A stretch of 64,000 bases of DNA from Macrostomum lignano (GCA_002269645.1 NIVC01003083.1:56808-120807); one strand, 5' to 3'. Positions 10,855-24,642 are shown, counted from the first letter of the stretch. Made by a program: numbers and translations. The notes: generated by a model not told the origin, from the letters alone.

Positions 10855-13800
10855 CTATATACTAAAGTTGGTGCGTTGTTTGTTTGTCTGTCTGTCTGTC
10901 TGTCTGTCCGTATGTTGCATAACTCCTCCTGGAATACTTGCAAGTCAGCCTTGAAACTTATATCAGAAAACTGCAAATTTTCCGGAGACTGCAGTGGGCT
11001 ATTTTAAAATTTTATTTTCACATTTTAAGATCCCTAAAAAAGCAGAAAACTGATTTCCTAACCTTCTCTGCTCACTTTTTCTGCTTGGAGCTGAAAATTT
11101 GCATGAATTTTGAGTGATTACGCCACAACTTTCTCCTATCTCTGTAGTGTATTTTCTCTCCAGTGGGGGGATGGTCGCGTTCTCAGTGGCGGCGTGTGTA
11201 CACTTTTACCTTGGCGCACGGGCTGACTGACTGTATAGAAAATTGCGCAACGATAGATGTTCTGATTTTCAATAGGCAGCCCTGTGTATTTGTTGGACAG
11301 TAAATTCAATGAATAAACTTGCGAGCATCTTTAGCACGCACTGAACGTACACTCGATGGTTCAATGCTTTAAATCGGGAAATTTCAAACGCCAACTGTTC
11401 CTCGAGTTTTTAACTTTGAGAGGAGAGACTTATATTGCTGGAAAAATCTTTCAACGCTGAGTTCGGGGATATAAGTTGCTTGCTTTAAATAAGAAAACTG
11501 AAAGCACTGCATTCAATAAAATATTTCCATACTTTTAGCTTTCTACAAAGAGTGTACTCATTTTGGATTGAATGGGGGTTCGACCGACCCCCCAACAGTT
11601 GGGGGGGGTTCAATTTCTCACCACCACTGCGTATTTGCAAGGGGTCAGTCTCTGAGCATTGGAGGGTTGATTTAGATTGCGTAATAATTTTAACTGAGAC
11701 TGATACTGACTGACGGAGAAATGAATTGCGCCATCAATTTGTTTTATTATTTGTGCCAGCAGGCAGTGAACGTGCACACTCGATATTTCAATGCTTTAAA
11801 ACGGGAACTTTCAAACGCTAAATTCTCTTTGAGTATTAAACTTTGAGAGAAGAGACTTATATTGCTGAAAAGAGCTTGCAACGCTGAGTTCGGGTATAAA
11901 AATTGTTTGCTTTAAAGTAGAAAAATAAAGGCGGAGCAATGGAAAAAGTTTTTCATACTGTTGGCAAAGATTTTATTCATTTTAGGGGTTCATGGGGGTT
12001 CCGGGGGTTGGTTTCATCTTCTAACTGCCACTGAGTATTGGAAGGGTCGGTCGCTGTGTATTGGAGGGTTGATTTACAATAGATTGCGCAATCTTTTTGC
12101 TAACTTTATACTGACTGACTGAGAAATCGGTTGCGCAATCAATTGATTCAATTAGTTCAATATTTTATTGGCGCCTTTCAACACGCTGCTGTGTGTAGCT
12201 CTAACCCTAACCCTAACCAATGAATTCTGAGAGTTGAGTTTAGCTGATGGAGTTCAGGGAATGGAATTCCAGTGATGGGAGTTCTTCCCCTTTCTTCTCC
12301 GAAGGAGGAGTTGGCCTCTCTCTGTATATACTAAAGTTGGTGCGATGTTTGTGTGTTTGTTTGTCTGTTGCATAACTCCTCCTAGAATACTTGCAACTCA
12401 GCGTTGAAACTTATATTGGAAAACTGCAAATTTTCCGAGGATGGCTTTAGGCTATTTTAATCTTTCATTTTTACATTTTAAGATCCCTAAAAAAGCAGAA
12501 AACGGCGGTTTTGACCTTTGATAATCTTAATTGTACCCTCTTTCTGCTTGGAGCTGAAAATTTGCATGAATTTTGAGCGATTGCGCCATAACTTTCTCCT
12601 ATCTCTGCAGTGTATTTTCTCTCCAGTGGGGGGATGGTCGCGTTCTCAGTGGCTGCGTGTGTACAATCGGACCCTAGCTCACTGGCTGATTGTATAGACA
12701 ATTGCGCAACGATATGTGTTCTGATTTTCAATAGGCTGCCCTGTGTAGTTTTGGACAGTGAAATTCAATGAATAAACTTGCGAGCCTCCCACTGCTGCAG
12801 GCAGTGAACGTACACTCGATATTTCAATGCTTTAAATCAGAAAATTTCAAATGCTAACTGTTGCTCGATTTTTTAACTTTGAGAGGAGAGACTTATATTG
12901 CTGGAAAGAGTTTGTAGCGTTGAGTTCAGGGATATAGGTTTTTTGCTTTAAATATGAAAACTAAAAGCACAGCATTCAAAAACGATTTAAATACTTTTGC
13001 AAAGATTGTACTTATTTTTGCGATAGGTCAGAGATAAAGTTGGGGGGTTCAACTTCTACTTGCCACTGCGTATTGGAAGGGGGCGGTGGCTGTGTATTGG
13101 ATGGTTGATTTAAATTGCGCAATTATTTTGCTAACTTGAACTGAGACTGATACTGGCTGACTGAGAAATCGATTGCTCAATCTGTTGCTTCAATTAGTTC
13201 AATTTTTTATTATTGGTGCCTTTCAACACGCAGCTGTGTGTAGCTCTAACCCTAACCCTAACCCTAGCCACTGAATCCTGAGAGTTGAGTTCTGTTTGAC
13301 GGAGAAAATTTCGATTGAGTCCAGTTTCACGGAGAGGATCTTTTTGTCTTCGGAGAGGAGTTGGATGATGCAACTCGGGTTATGGAATTCAGCTAATGGA
13401 GTCCAGGAAATCGAATTCCGGTGATGGGAATTCTTCCGATGCGAGAGAAAAGAGAAAAGAGAACAGAGAAAAGAGATTATAGAAAAGAGAGTAGATATGA
13501 GAGAGGAGAGATTAGAGATTAGAGAAGAGAGGGGAGAAGATGAAAGGAGCAAGGAGAGGAGAGAAGAGAGAATGAAGAGGATAGAAAAGAGAGAAGAGAA
13601 GAGACGGGGATAGTGGAAAGGAGGAAAGAAAGATGGGAGACAAGAAAGTAGAGTCTGAGAGCGTATATGAGATATGAGAAATGAGAGCAGAGAGGAGAGA
13701 AAAGAGAAGAGAGAGGGTTAAGAGAGACGATAGATAAGTGAGTAGAGATGACATATGAGAGAGGAGAGAAGAGGGAGAGATAAGAGAGAAGAGAGGAGAC

Positions 13801-16800
13801 AGGAGACAGAAGTAAAGAGGAGAGATATGAAAGAAGAGAGGAGACAAGAGACAGGAGAGGGTACAGACGAAAGACGAAGGAGAAGAGATACATAAGGGAG
13901 TAGAGATGAGAGGAGAGAGAGGAGAGACTAGATATAAGATAGCAAAGAAGAGAGAGCAGAGATGAGAGACTAGAGATGGAAATCAGATTAGAGAGAAGAG
14001 ATAAGAGACTACACTGTAGAGATGAGAGGGCAAAGAGGAGAGCAAAAAGGCTTTACAGAGGATTTGGAGATGATTTGGAAGATGGGATTCAAGTCATGGA
14101 GTTTCAGCTGATTGATTTCAGGGAATGGAATTCCGGTGATGGGAGTTCTTCCCCTTTCTCCTCCGAAGGAGGAGTTCCACTCGTCCTAATACTAAAGTTG
14201 GTGCGATGATTGTTTGTTTGTTTGTCTGTTTGTTTGTGTGTTGCATAACTCCTCCTAGAATACTTGCAAGTCAGCGTTGAAACTTATATGGGTAAACTGC
14301 AAATTTTCCGGGGACTGCAGTGGGCTATTTCAATTTTTTATTTTCACATTTTAAGATCCCTAAAAAAGCAGAAAACTGCAATCTTGACCTTTGATAATCT
14401 TATTTGTCCCCTCTTTCTGCTCGGAGCTGATAAAATGCATCAATTTTGATTGCTTGCGCCATAACTTTCTCCTATCTCGCCAGTGCATTTCTCTCCAGTT
14501 GGGGGATGGGGCGTTCTAAGTGGCTGCGTGTGTACAATTGGACCCTAGCTCACTGGCGCACTGTATAGATGATTGCGCAATGATTTGGCTACTGTTAAGT
14601 TGTTCTGCCTTTCAATATGAAGCCTGTGTATTGTAGGACAGTTAAATTCATTGCATAACTTGCGAGTCGCTTTAACAGGCGGTGAGCGTACACTCGATAT
14701 TTCAATGCTTTAAATCGGAAAGTTGTAAACGCTAACTGCTCCTCGAGTTCTAAACTTTAAGAGAAAAAAGGCTTTAAATCGGAAAGTTGTAAACGCTAAC
14801 TGCTCCTCGAGTTCTAAACTTTAAGAGAAAAAACTTATATTGCCGGAAAGAGCTTGCAACACTGAGTTTGGAGGTATAAGTTGTTTGCTTTAAATATGAA
14901 AACAAAAAGGACAGCATTCAAAAACTATTTCCGAACTTTTAACTTTCTGCAAAGATTACACTTAGTTTCGCGAGACGTAATAGATAAAGTTATGGGAAGG
15001 GTTCAACTTCTTACTGCCACTGTGTATTGGAGGGTTGATTTAGATTGCGCAATCATTTTGTTAACTTTACCTGAGCCTGATACTGACTAAATGAGAAATC
15101 GGTTGCGCAATAAATTGATTCAATTAATTCAATATTCTTATCGGCGCCTTCAACCCGCAGCTCTGTGCAGCTCTAACCCTAACCCTAGACCACTGATGGC
15201 ACTGAACCCTGAGAGTTGAGTTCTTTTTGACGGAGAAAATTTCGATTGAGTCCAGTTTTACGGAGAGGATTTCGATGGTTTTCAGTTTCACGGAGAGGAT
15301 TTCTGTTTCGCGGAGAGGAGTTTGATGGATTTGAAGATGTTTTGATGATGGGATTCGGGTCATGGGATTCAGCTAAGGGGTTTCAGGGAATGGAATTCCG
15401 GTGATGGGAGTTCTTCCCCTTTCTCCTCCATCGGAGGAGTTGGCCTCGTCCTAATACTAAAGTTGGTGCGATGATTGTTTGTTTGTTTGTCTGTTTGTTT
15501 GTGTGTTGCATAACTCCTCCTAGAATACTTGCAAGTCAGCGTTGAAACTTATATGGGGAAACTGCAAATTTTCCGGGGACTGCAGTGGGCTATTTCAATT
15601 TTTTATTTTCACATTTTAAGATCCCTAAAAAAGCAGAAAACTGATTTCCTAACCTTCTCTGGACACTTTTTCTGCTCGGAGCCGAAAATTTGCATGATTT
15701 TGAGCGATTGCGCCACAACTTTCTCCTATCTCTGTAGTGTATTTTCTCGCCAGTGGGGGTTGGTCGCGTTCTCAGTGGCAGCGTGTGTACAAGCGGACCC
15801 CGGCTGAAAAATTGAACTGTGTGTATTTCGTGGGGTGGTGGGTAAGTAAGCGCAATTATATGGCTATTGTGCTGAGATTCAATTGGTTTTATTATCAGCG
15901 CCTTTCAATTGACTGCCCTGTGCATTGGTTAGACAGTGAAATTCAATGAATAAACTTGCGGGCCTCTTTAGCAGGCAGTGAACGTATGAACGTACACTCA
16001 ATATTGCAATGCTATAAATCGGCAAATTTCAAACTCAGACTGTTGCTGGAGTTTTTAACTTTGAGAGGAGAGACTTATATTGCTGGAAAGAACTTGCAAC
16101 GCTGAGTTCGGGGATATAAATTGTTTGCTTTAAATATGAAAACTAAATGCTCTGCATTGGAAAAACTATTTCCATACTTTTAACTTATTGCAAAGATTGT
16201 ACTCATTTTAGGAGTTCAATGGTGTTCGACTGACCCCCCAACAGTTGGGGGGGGTTCAATTTCTAATTGCCACTGCGTATTGGAAGGGGGTCGGTCGCTG
16301 TGTATTGGATGGAGGGTTGATTTAGATTGCGCAATATTTTTGTTAACTTTAACTGAGACTGATACTGACTGACTTAGAAATACGAGCGTAAATTGCGCAA
16401 TCTTTTGATTCAATTATCTCATTTTTTATCGGACCTTTTCAACACGCAGCTCTGTGCAGCTCCAACCCTAACCCTAACCCTAACCACTGAATCCTGAGAG
16501 TTTAGTTGTTTGACGGAGAAACTTTCGATTGAGTCCAGTTTCACGGAGAGGATTTCTGTTTCGCGGAGAGGATTTCGATCGTGTTCAGTTTCACAGAGAG
16601 GATTTTGATGGATTTGGAGAACAGTTAGATAATGGGATTCGGGTCTTGGGATTCAGCTGATGGAGTTCAGGGAATGGAATTCCGGTGATGGGAGTTCTTC
16701 CCCTTTCTCCTCCATCGGAGGAGTTGGCCTCGTCTTAATACTAAAGTTGGTGCGTTGTTTGTCTGTTTGTGTGATACACATCTCCTCCTAGACGACTTGC

Positions 16801-19800
16801 AAGTCAGCGTTGAAACTTATATGGGAAAACTGCAAATTTTCCGAGGATGGCAGTGGGCTATTTCAATTTTTTATTTTCAAATTTTAAGATCCCTAAAAAA
16901 GCAGAAATCGTAGAACAATAGGGGAATATGCCCATCTTGCGTAATTTGCAATGATTGCGCCACAACAGCTGGCCTATCTGTGCAGTGTATTCTTTCAGCT
17001 GAAGGAGTGTAAGCTGGGCCGGTTGACATCAATTTTTAGCGATTGCGCCACAACTGTGTGCACTGAGAACTTAACCAAACCCCTCTGTGTTGAGGGTGCT
17101 GGGGCGGCAGTGGAATTTAATGAATAAACTTGCAAGCCTTTTTAGCAGGCAGTGCACGCATGCGTACACTCGATAGTTCAATGCTTTAAATTGGGATATT
17201 TCAAACGCCAACTGTTCCTCGAGTTTTGAACTCTGAGAGAAGAGACTTATATTGCTGGAAAGATCTTTCAATGCAGACTTCGAGGATATAAGTTGTTTGC
17301 TTTAAATGTGAAAACAAAAAGCACAGCATTTAAAAAACGATTTCCATACTTTTAACTTTCTGCAGTGTACTCATTTTGGAGTTCAATGGGGGTTCGACCA
17401 ACCCCCAACAGTTGGTGGGAGGGGAGGGGCGGTTCAACTTTTAATTGCCACTGCGGAAGGGGGTCAGTCGCTGTGTATTGAAGGGTTGATTTAGTTTGCG
17501 CAATCTTTTTGTTAACTTTTACCGAGACTGATACTGACTGACTGTGAAATCGGTTGCGCATTCAATGAATTTAATTGGTTCAATTTTTTATCGGCGCCTT
17601 TCAACACGCTGCTGCGTTGTAGCTCTAACCCTAACCCTAACCCTAACCACTAAATCCTGAGTGTTGATTCTTTTTGACGGAGAAAATTTCGATTCAGTCC
17701 AGTTTTAAGGAGAGAATTTCTGTTTCGCGGAGACGATTTTGATGGATTTCAGTTTCACGCAGAGGATTTCCATAAAGTCCAGTTTAACGGAGAGGATTTC
17801 TGTTTCTCGGAGAGGATTTTGATGAATGTCAGTTTCACGGAGAGGTTTTTGATGGAGTTATCTTTTACGGAGAGGATTTCGATGATGTTCAGTTTCGCGG
17901 AGAGGAGTTGGATGATGGGATTCAGGGAATGGCATTTCAGGGAATGGAGTTCCGGTGATGGGAATTCTTCCCCTTTCTCCTCCAGAGGAGGAGTTGGCCT
18001 CGTCCTAATACTAAAGTTGGTGCGATGATTGTTTGTTTGTTTGTCTGTTTGTTTGTGTGTTGCATAACTCCTCCTAGAATACTTGCAAGTCAGCGTTGAA
18101 ACTTATATGGGGAAACTGCAAATTTTCCGGGGACTGCAGTGGGCTATTTCAATTTTTTATTTTCACATTTTAAGATCCCTAAAAAAGCAGAAAACTGATT
18201 TCCTAACCTTCTCTGGACACTTTTTCTGCTCGGAGCCGAAAATTTGCATGATTTTGAGCGATTGCGCCACAACTTTCTCCTATCTCTGTAGTGTATTTTC
18301 TCGCCAGTGGGGGTTGGTCGCGTTCTCAGTGGCAGCGTGTGTACAAGCGGACCCCGGCTGAAAAATTGAACTGTGTGTATTTCGTGGGGTGGTGGGTAAG
18401 TAAGCGCAATTATATGGCTATTGTGCTGAGATTCAATTGGTTTTATTATCAGCGCCTTTCAATTGACTGCCCTGTGCATTGGTTAGACAGTGAAATTCAA
18501 TGAATAAACTTGCGGGCCTCTTTAGCAGGCAGTGAACGTATGAACGTACACTCAATATTGCAATGCTATAAATCGGCAAATTTCAAACTCAGACTGTTGC
18601 TGGAGTTTTTAACTTTGAGAGGAGAGACTTATATTGCTGGAAAGAACTTGCAACGCTGAGTTCGGGGATATAAATTGTTTGCTTTAAATATGAAAACTAA
18701 ATGCTCTGCATTGGAAAAACTATTTCCATACTTTTAACTTATTGCAAAGATTGTACTCATTTTAGGAGTTCAATGGTGTTCGACTGACCCCCCAACAGTT
18801 GGGGGGGGTTCAATTTCTAATTGCCACTGCGTATTGGAAGGGGGTCGGTCGCTGTGTATTGGATGGAGGGTTGATTTAGATTGCGCAATATTTTTGTTAA
18901 CTTTAACTGAGACTGATACTGACTGACTTAGAAATACGAGCGTAAATTGCGCAATCTTTTGATTCAATTATCTCATTTTTTATCGGACCTTTTCAACACG
19001 CAGCTCTGTGCAGCTCCAACCCTAACCCTAACCCTAACCACTGAATCCTGAGAGTTTAGTTGTTTGACGGAGAAACTTTCGATTGAGTCCAGTTTCACGG
19101 AGAGGATTTCTGTTTCGCGGAGAGGATTTCGATCGTGTTCAGTTTCACAGAGAGGATTTTGATGGATTTGGAGAACAGTTAGATAATGGGATTCGGGTCT
19201 TGGGATTCAGCTGATGGAGTTCAGGGAATGGAATTCCGGTGATGGGAGTTCTTCCCCTTTCTCCTCCATCGGAGGAGTTGGCCTCGTTAATACTAAAACT
19301 GGTGCGTTGTTTGTCTGTGTGATACATATCTCCTCCTAGACGACTTGCAAGTCAGCGTCGAAACTTATATGGGAAAACTGCAAATTTTCCGAGGATGGCA
19401 GTGGGCTATTTCAATTTTTTATTTTTACATTTTAAGATCCCGAAAAAAGCAAAAAACTGCAATCTTGACCTTTGATAATCTTATTTGTCCCCTCTTTCTG
19501 CTTGGAGCTAAAAATTTGCATGAATTTTGAGCGATTGCGCCATAACTTTCTCCTATCTCTGCAGTGTATTTTCTCTCCAGTGGGGGTGCTCGCGTTCTCA
19601 GTGGCGGCGTGTGTACACTTGGACCTTGGCGCACGGGCTGACTGTATAGACAATTGCGCAACGATACGTGCTCTGATTTTCAATTAGGCAGCCCGGTGTA
19701 TTTTTTGCACACTGAAATTCAATGCATCAACATTCGAGCCTTTTTAGCAGGCAGGTGAACGTACACTCGATACTTCAATGCTTTAAATCGGGACATTTCA

Positions 19801-22800
19801 AACGCTAACTGTTGCTCGAGTTCTAAACTTTAAAATAATAGACTTATATTGCTGGAAAGATCTTGCAACACTGAGTTCGGGGATATAAGTTGTTTGTTTT
19901 AAATGTGAAAAGAAAAAACACAGCGATCGAAAACAACTTCCATACTTTTTACTTTCTGGAAAGATTGTACTCATTTTGGGGTTCAATGGGGTTCGACCAA
20001 CCCCCCAATAGTTGGTGGGAGGGGGGCGGTTCAACTTTTAATTGCCACTGCGGAAGGGGGTCAGTCGCTGTGTATTGGAGGGTTGATTTAGATTGCGCAA
20101 TCATTTCGTGTGCACTTGGACCGTGGCGCACGGGCTGACTGTATAGACAATTGCAATTCACTGTTGCAGGCAGTGAACGTACACTCGATATTTCAATGCT
20201 TAAAATCAGAAAGTTTCAAACACTAACTGTTGCTCGAGTTTTGAACTTAGAGAGGAGAGACTTATATTGCTGGAAAGATCTTGCTGCGATGAGTTCGGGG
20301 ATATAAGTTTTTTGCTTTAAATATGAAAATTAAATTCACAGCATTCAAGAAAAGATTTTCATACTTTTAGCTTTCTGCAAAGATTGTTCTCATTTTGGAG
20401 TTCAATGGGGGTTCGACCGACCCCCCAATAGTTGGTGAGGGGGGGGTTCAATTTCTAGCTGCACTGCGTATTGGAAGGGGGGTCGGTTGCTGTGTATTTG
20501 AGGGTTGATTTAGATTGCGCAATCTTTTTGTTAACTTTAACTGAGGCTGATACTGACTGCCTGAGAAATAAGTTGCGCAATTTAATTGGTTCAATGTTTT
20601 TACGGCGTCTTTCAACACGCAGCTGTGTGTAGCTCTAACCCCAACCCTAACCTTAACCAATGAATTCTGAGAGCTGGGCTGTTTGACGTAGAAATTTCGA
20701 TTTAGTCCAGTTTCACGGAGAGGATTTCTATTTCGCGGAGAATATTTCGATGGTGTTCAGTTTCACGGAGAGGATTTCGATAGTGTTCAGTTTCACGGAG
20801 ACGATTTCTGTTGCGCGGAGAGGTGTTGGAAAATGGGATTCCGCTGATGGAGTTCAGGGAATGGAATTCCGCTGATTGGAGTTCTTCCCCTTTCTTCTCC
20901 GAAGGAGGAGTTGGCCTCGCTTAATACTAAAAGTGATGCGTTGTTTGTTTGTCTGTATGTGTGTTGCAATTTTTCTCCTAAACTACTGGCAAGTCAGCGT
21001 TGAAACTTATATGGGTAAACTGCAAATTTTCCGGACTGGGTTTATAGCAATTTTAATCTTTCATTTTTACATTTTAAGATCCCTAAAAAAGCAGAAAACT
21101 GATTTCCTAACCTTCTTTGGCCCTTCTGTGGCCACTCTGCCTCTCCAGTGGAGGGGTTGCAGCCAGTTTGTAAAAATAGCCACCCCAACCTCCGCCCGCG
21201 GGCCGCTGTGTATTGAGGGGTGGTGGGTGCGCGTGTTCCGCGTTCAATGCAAATAACCCCCCCCCGCGTGTTGGGGGGTTCAATTAATTTAACGATTCCC
21301 CCGGAATGGGGGTTTGGGCTTGGGCTGAGTGTACATAGCAGTTGTACAGTGTAAGGAGATAGCTAGGACTGTGTCGAGAATTAATTGGTTTTATTATCGG
21401 CGCCATTCAATAGGCAGCCATGTGTATTTGCTGGGCAGTGAAATTCAATGAATAAACTTGCGAGCCTCTTTAGCAGGCAGTGAGCATACACTCGATACTT
21501 CAATGCTTTAAATCGGGAAATTTCAAACGCTAACTATTCCTTGAGTTTTAAACTTTCAGAGAGACTTATATTGCTGGAAAGATCTTGCAATACTGAGTTC
21601 GGGGATATAAGTTGTTTGCTTTAAATGTGAAAACAAAAAAGCACAGCATTTAAAAAACAATTTCCATACTTTTAACTTTCTGCAGAGTGTACTCATTTTG
21701 GGTTCAAAGGGGGTTCGACCAACCCCCCAACAGTTGGAGGGGAGTTCAACTTTTAATTGCCACTGCGTATTGGAAGGGGGTCAGTCGCTGTGTATTGGAG
21801 GGTTGATTTAGTTTGCGCAATCTTTTTGTTAACTTTAACTGAGACTGATACTGACTGACTGTGAAATCGGTTGCGCAATGAATTGATTCAATTAGTTCAA
21901 TTTTTTATCGACGCCTTTCAACACACTGCTGCGTGTAGCTCTAACCCTAACCCTAACCCTAACCCTAACCACTGAATCCTGAGAGTTGATTCTTTTTGAC
22001 GGAGAAAATTTCGATTCAGTCCAGTTTTATGGAGAGAATTTCTGTTTCGCGGAGACGATTTTAATGGATGTCAGTTTCACGGAGAGGTGTTTGATGGAGT
22101 TCTCTTTTACGGAGAGGATTTCGATGATGTTCAGTTTCGCGGAGAGGAGTTGGATGATGGGTTTCATGGAATGGCATTTCAGGGAATGGAGTTCCGGTGA
22201 TGGGAATTCTACCCCTTTCTCCTCCAGAGGAGGAGTTGGCCTCGTAAATACTAAAAGTGGTGCGTTGTTTGTCTGTGTGTTGCAATTTTTCTCCTAGACT
22301 ACTGGCAAGTCAGCGTTGAAACTTATATGGGAAAACTGCAAATTTTCTGGATTGGGTTTATAGCTATTTTAATCTTTCATTTTTACATTTTAAGATCCCT
22401 AAAAAAGCAGAAAACTGTTTTTTAACCCTCAATAACCTTCTTTGGCCACTCTGCCTGGGGCTGCAGCCAGTTTGTAAAAATAGCCACCCCAACCTCCGCC
22501 CGCGGGCCGCTGTGTATTGAGGGGTGGTGGGTGCGCGTGTTCCGCGTTCAATGCAAATAACCCCCCCCCGCGTGTTGGGGGGTTCAATTAATTTAACGAT
22601 TCCCCCGGAATGGGGGTTTGGGCTTGGGCTGAGTGTACATAGCAGTTGTACAGTGTAAGGAGATAGCTAGGACTGTGTCGAGAATTAATTGGTTTTATTA
22701 TCGGCGGCATTCAATAGGCAGCCATGTGTATTTGCTGGGCAGTAAAATTCAATGAATAAACTTGCGAGCCTCTTTAGCAGGCAGTGAACGTACACTCGAT

Positions 22801-23492
22801 ACTTCAATGCTTTAAATCAGGAAATTTCAAACGCTAACTGTTCCTCGAGTTTTAAACTTTCAGAGGAGAGACTTATATTGCTGGAAAGATCTTGCAATAC
22901 TGAGTTCGGGGATATAAGTTGTTTGCTTTAAATGTGAAAACAAAAAGCACAGCATTTAAAAAACGATTTCCATACTTTTAACTTTCTTCAGTGTACTCAT
23001 TTTGGAGTTCAATGGGGTTCGACCAACCCCCCAACAGTTGGTGGGAGGGGGGGGCGGTTCAACTTTTAATTGCCACTGCGGAAGGGGGTCAGTCGCTGTG
23101 TATTGGAGGGTTGATTTAGTTTGTGCAATCTTTTTGTTAACTTTTACCGAGACTGATACTGAATGACTGTGAAATCGGTTGCCATTCAATGAATTCAATT
23201 GGTTCAATTTTTTATCGGCGCCTTTCAACACGCTGCTGCGTTGTAGCTCTAACCCTAACCCAAACCCTAACCCTAACCACTGAATCCTGAGAGTTGATTC
23301 TTTTTGACGGAGAAAATTCCGATTCAGTCCAGTTTTATGGAGAGAATTTCTGTTTCGCGGAGACGATTTCGATGATTTTCAGTTTCGCGGAGAGGAGTTG
23401 GATGATGGGTTTCATGGAATGGCATTTCAGGGAATGGAGTTCCGGTGATGGGAATTCTTCCCCTTTCTCCTCCATCGGAGGAGTTGGCCTCG
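10855..23492 (+). mobile_element. Head-to-tail array of nine non-autonomous Helitron-like units (1.25-1.87 kb each)
   Basis: Unit starts at ~10855, ~12320, 14184, 15449, 16733, 18003, 19287, 20920, 22245. Each opens with (TC)..TAATACTAAAG plus a GTTT/GTCT microsatellite, carries (CCCTAA)2-5, and ends in the hairpin CT(C/T)CTCC-NNN-GGAGGAG followed 6 nt later by CTCG (CTCT at the end of unit 1). No Rep/helicase ORF. Confidence 0.72.
13441..14048 (+). repeat. GA-rich aperiodic low-complexity tract inside array unit 2
   Basis: Almost all purine on the + strand. Flanked by two copies of GAATTCCGGTGATGGGA.TTCTTCC (~13408 and ~14128). Confidence 0.9.
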
Positions 23493-24210
23493 TCTCTACA
23501 TATAAAAATCAAAACTCTGTCTGTGTGTCCGTCTGTCTGTGGACAATTTTGTTCGCTATGGACTCCCAAACCGCTCAACCAAATGACACAAAACTTTACA
23601 CCCACCCTAAACTTACTACGGAGAATGTCTTAGGCTACCTTTAAATTTCCTAGACTCAAGTCTTCCTACCTAAAAGTACAAAAAACTGCTCAAAAAACGC
23701 GATTTTTTCACTAAATCCTCCATAGCGCCGCTCCACTTTTACCGATTCTTTTCAAATTTGACACAGACAATCTTCAACTATTTTGGCACAATAATGTAAA
23801 ATTTCGAGTCTCAAAGTTAATCCTGAGCGGTGCTGTGCACTTTTAAAATTAGGCTGTTTTTTCAGCGTAGCAACCACCCCAACCTCCGCCCGCCTCTCTT
23901 TCCCGATCTGGGCCCAGATGTGTAAAAGGGGTTTCAAAATTAACTAACTTTCAGCTGCCATAAGTTTGCTCCACGTAAAGCGATTGACTTCAAACTTGAC
24001 ACAATTCTTCATTGACTCATTCTCTATCTAAATGTAAAGTTTCAACTCTGTAACTCAACCGAAAAAGAAACTGTAAGCATGTGAAGTTTGTCTGCTTTTT
24101 CTGTTGTTTGTTCCACTCACTCACTCATTCCCCCAGAGCCAGACGAAGGGTCAGGCGATAGGGCTAAATGTACATAGCAAATGTACAGTGTTTTGGAATA
24201 ACTTTTTAAT
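23493..24210 (+). mobile_element. Second Helitron-like family element (5' part; 3' end not resolved)
   Basis: TCTCTACATATAAAAATC plus a CTGTCTGTGTGTCCGTCTG microsatellite directly after the CTCG end of unit 9. Shares CCACCCCAACCTCCGCCCGC and GTACATAGCA..TGTACAGTG with units 8 and 9. Confidence 0.6.
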
Positions 24211-24642
24211 AGCCTTCTCTGTACCCCCGCGCGTGGAGAGGCTACGTTTAGCCATGACAGTTTAGTGAGAAATTCTAACCACTGTCCTCTGTATTGGCAA
24301 ACTCTGCAGCAGTTTAACAGTGGATGCCTGGATGGCAAATCGAGGGAATCCAGCATGGTTTGTAAAAGCGAAAGATTTATGAAAAGGCGATGCAATGCAA
24401 TACAACCCTACTAAATTAGTCACACCATGGAAATTTTAGGTTTCTCTTAAAAGTACTTTAAATTTTAAATGTCCTCCTAAGAAATGCGTATTTCCTTGGT
24501 TGTTAGTTAGACTGATGCAGACTGCAGTGGAGCTGAAAATACACAAATTCCTTTCAGGACTGCAAATTGGCAAGAAAGATGACATGATCAAAGCATGAGA
24601 ACAGCCATGAGAGTACTACGTCCCACAAACTGGCTTTCCAAG

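Noticed and set aside
21941-21970. Telomere or chromosome-fusion scar
   Set aside because: Only 2-5 hexamers, at a fixed position in every repeat unit and never head-to-head.
14264-23644. Recurrent short ORFs in the array units (MQVSVETYMGKLQ.., SFTERISMMFSFAER..)
   Set aside because: Stops and frameshifts differ between units; no domain similarity or Rep/helicase motifs.
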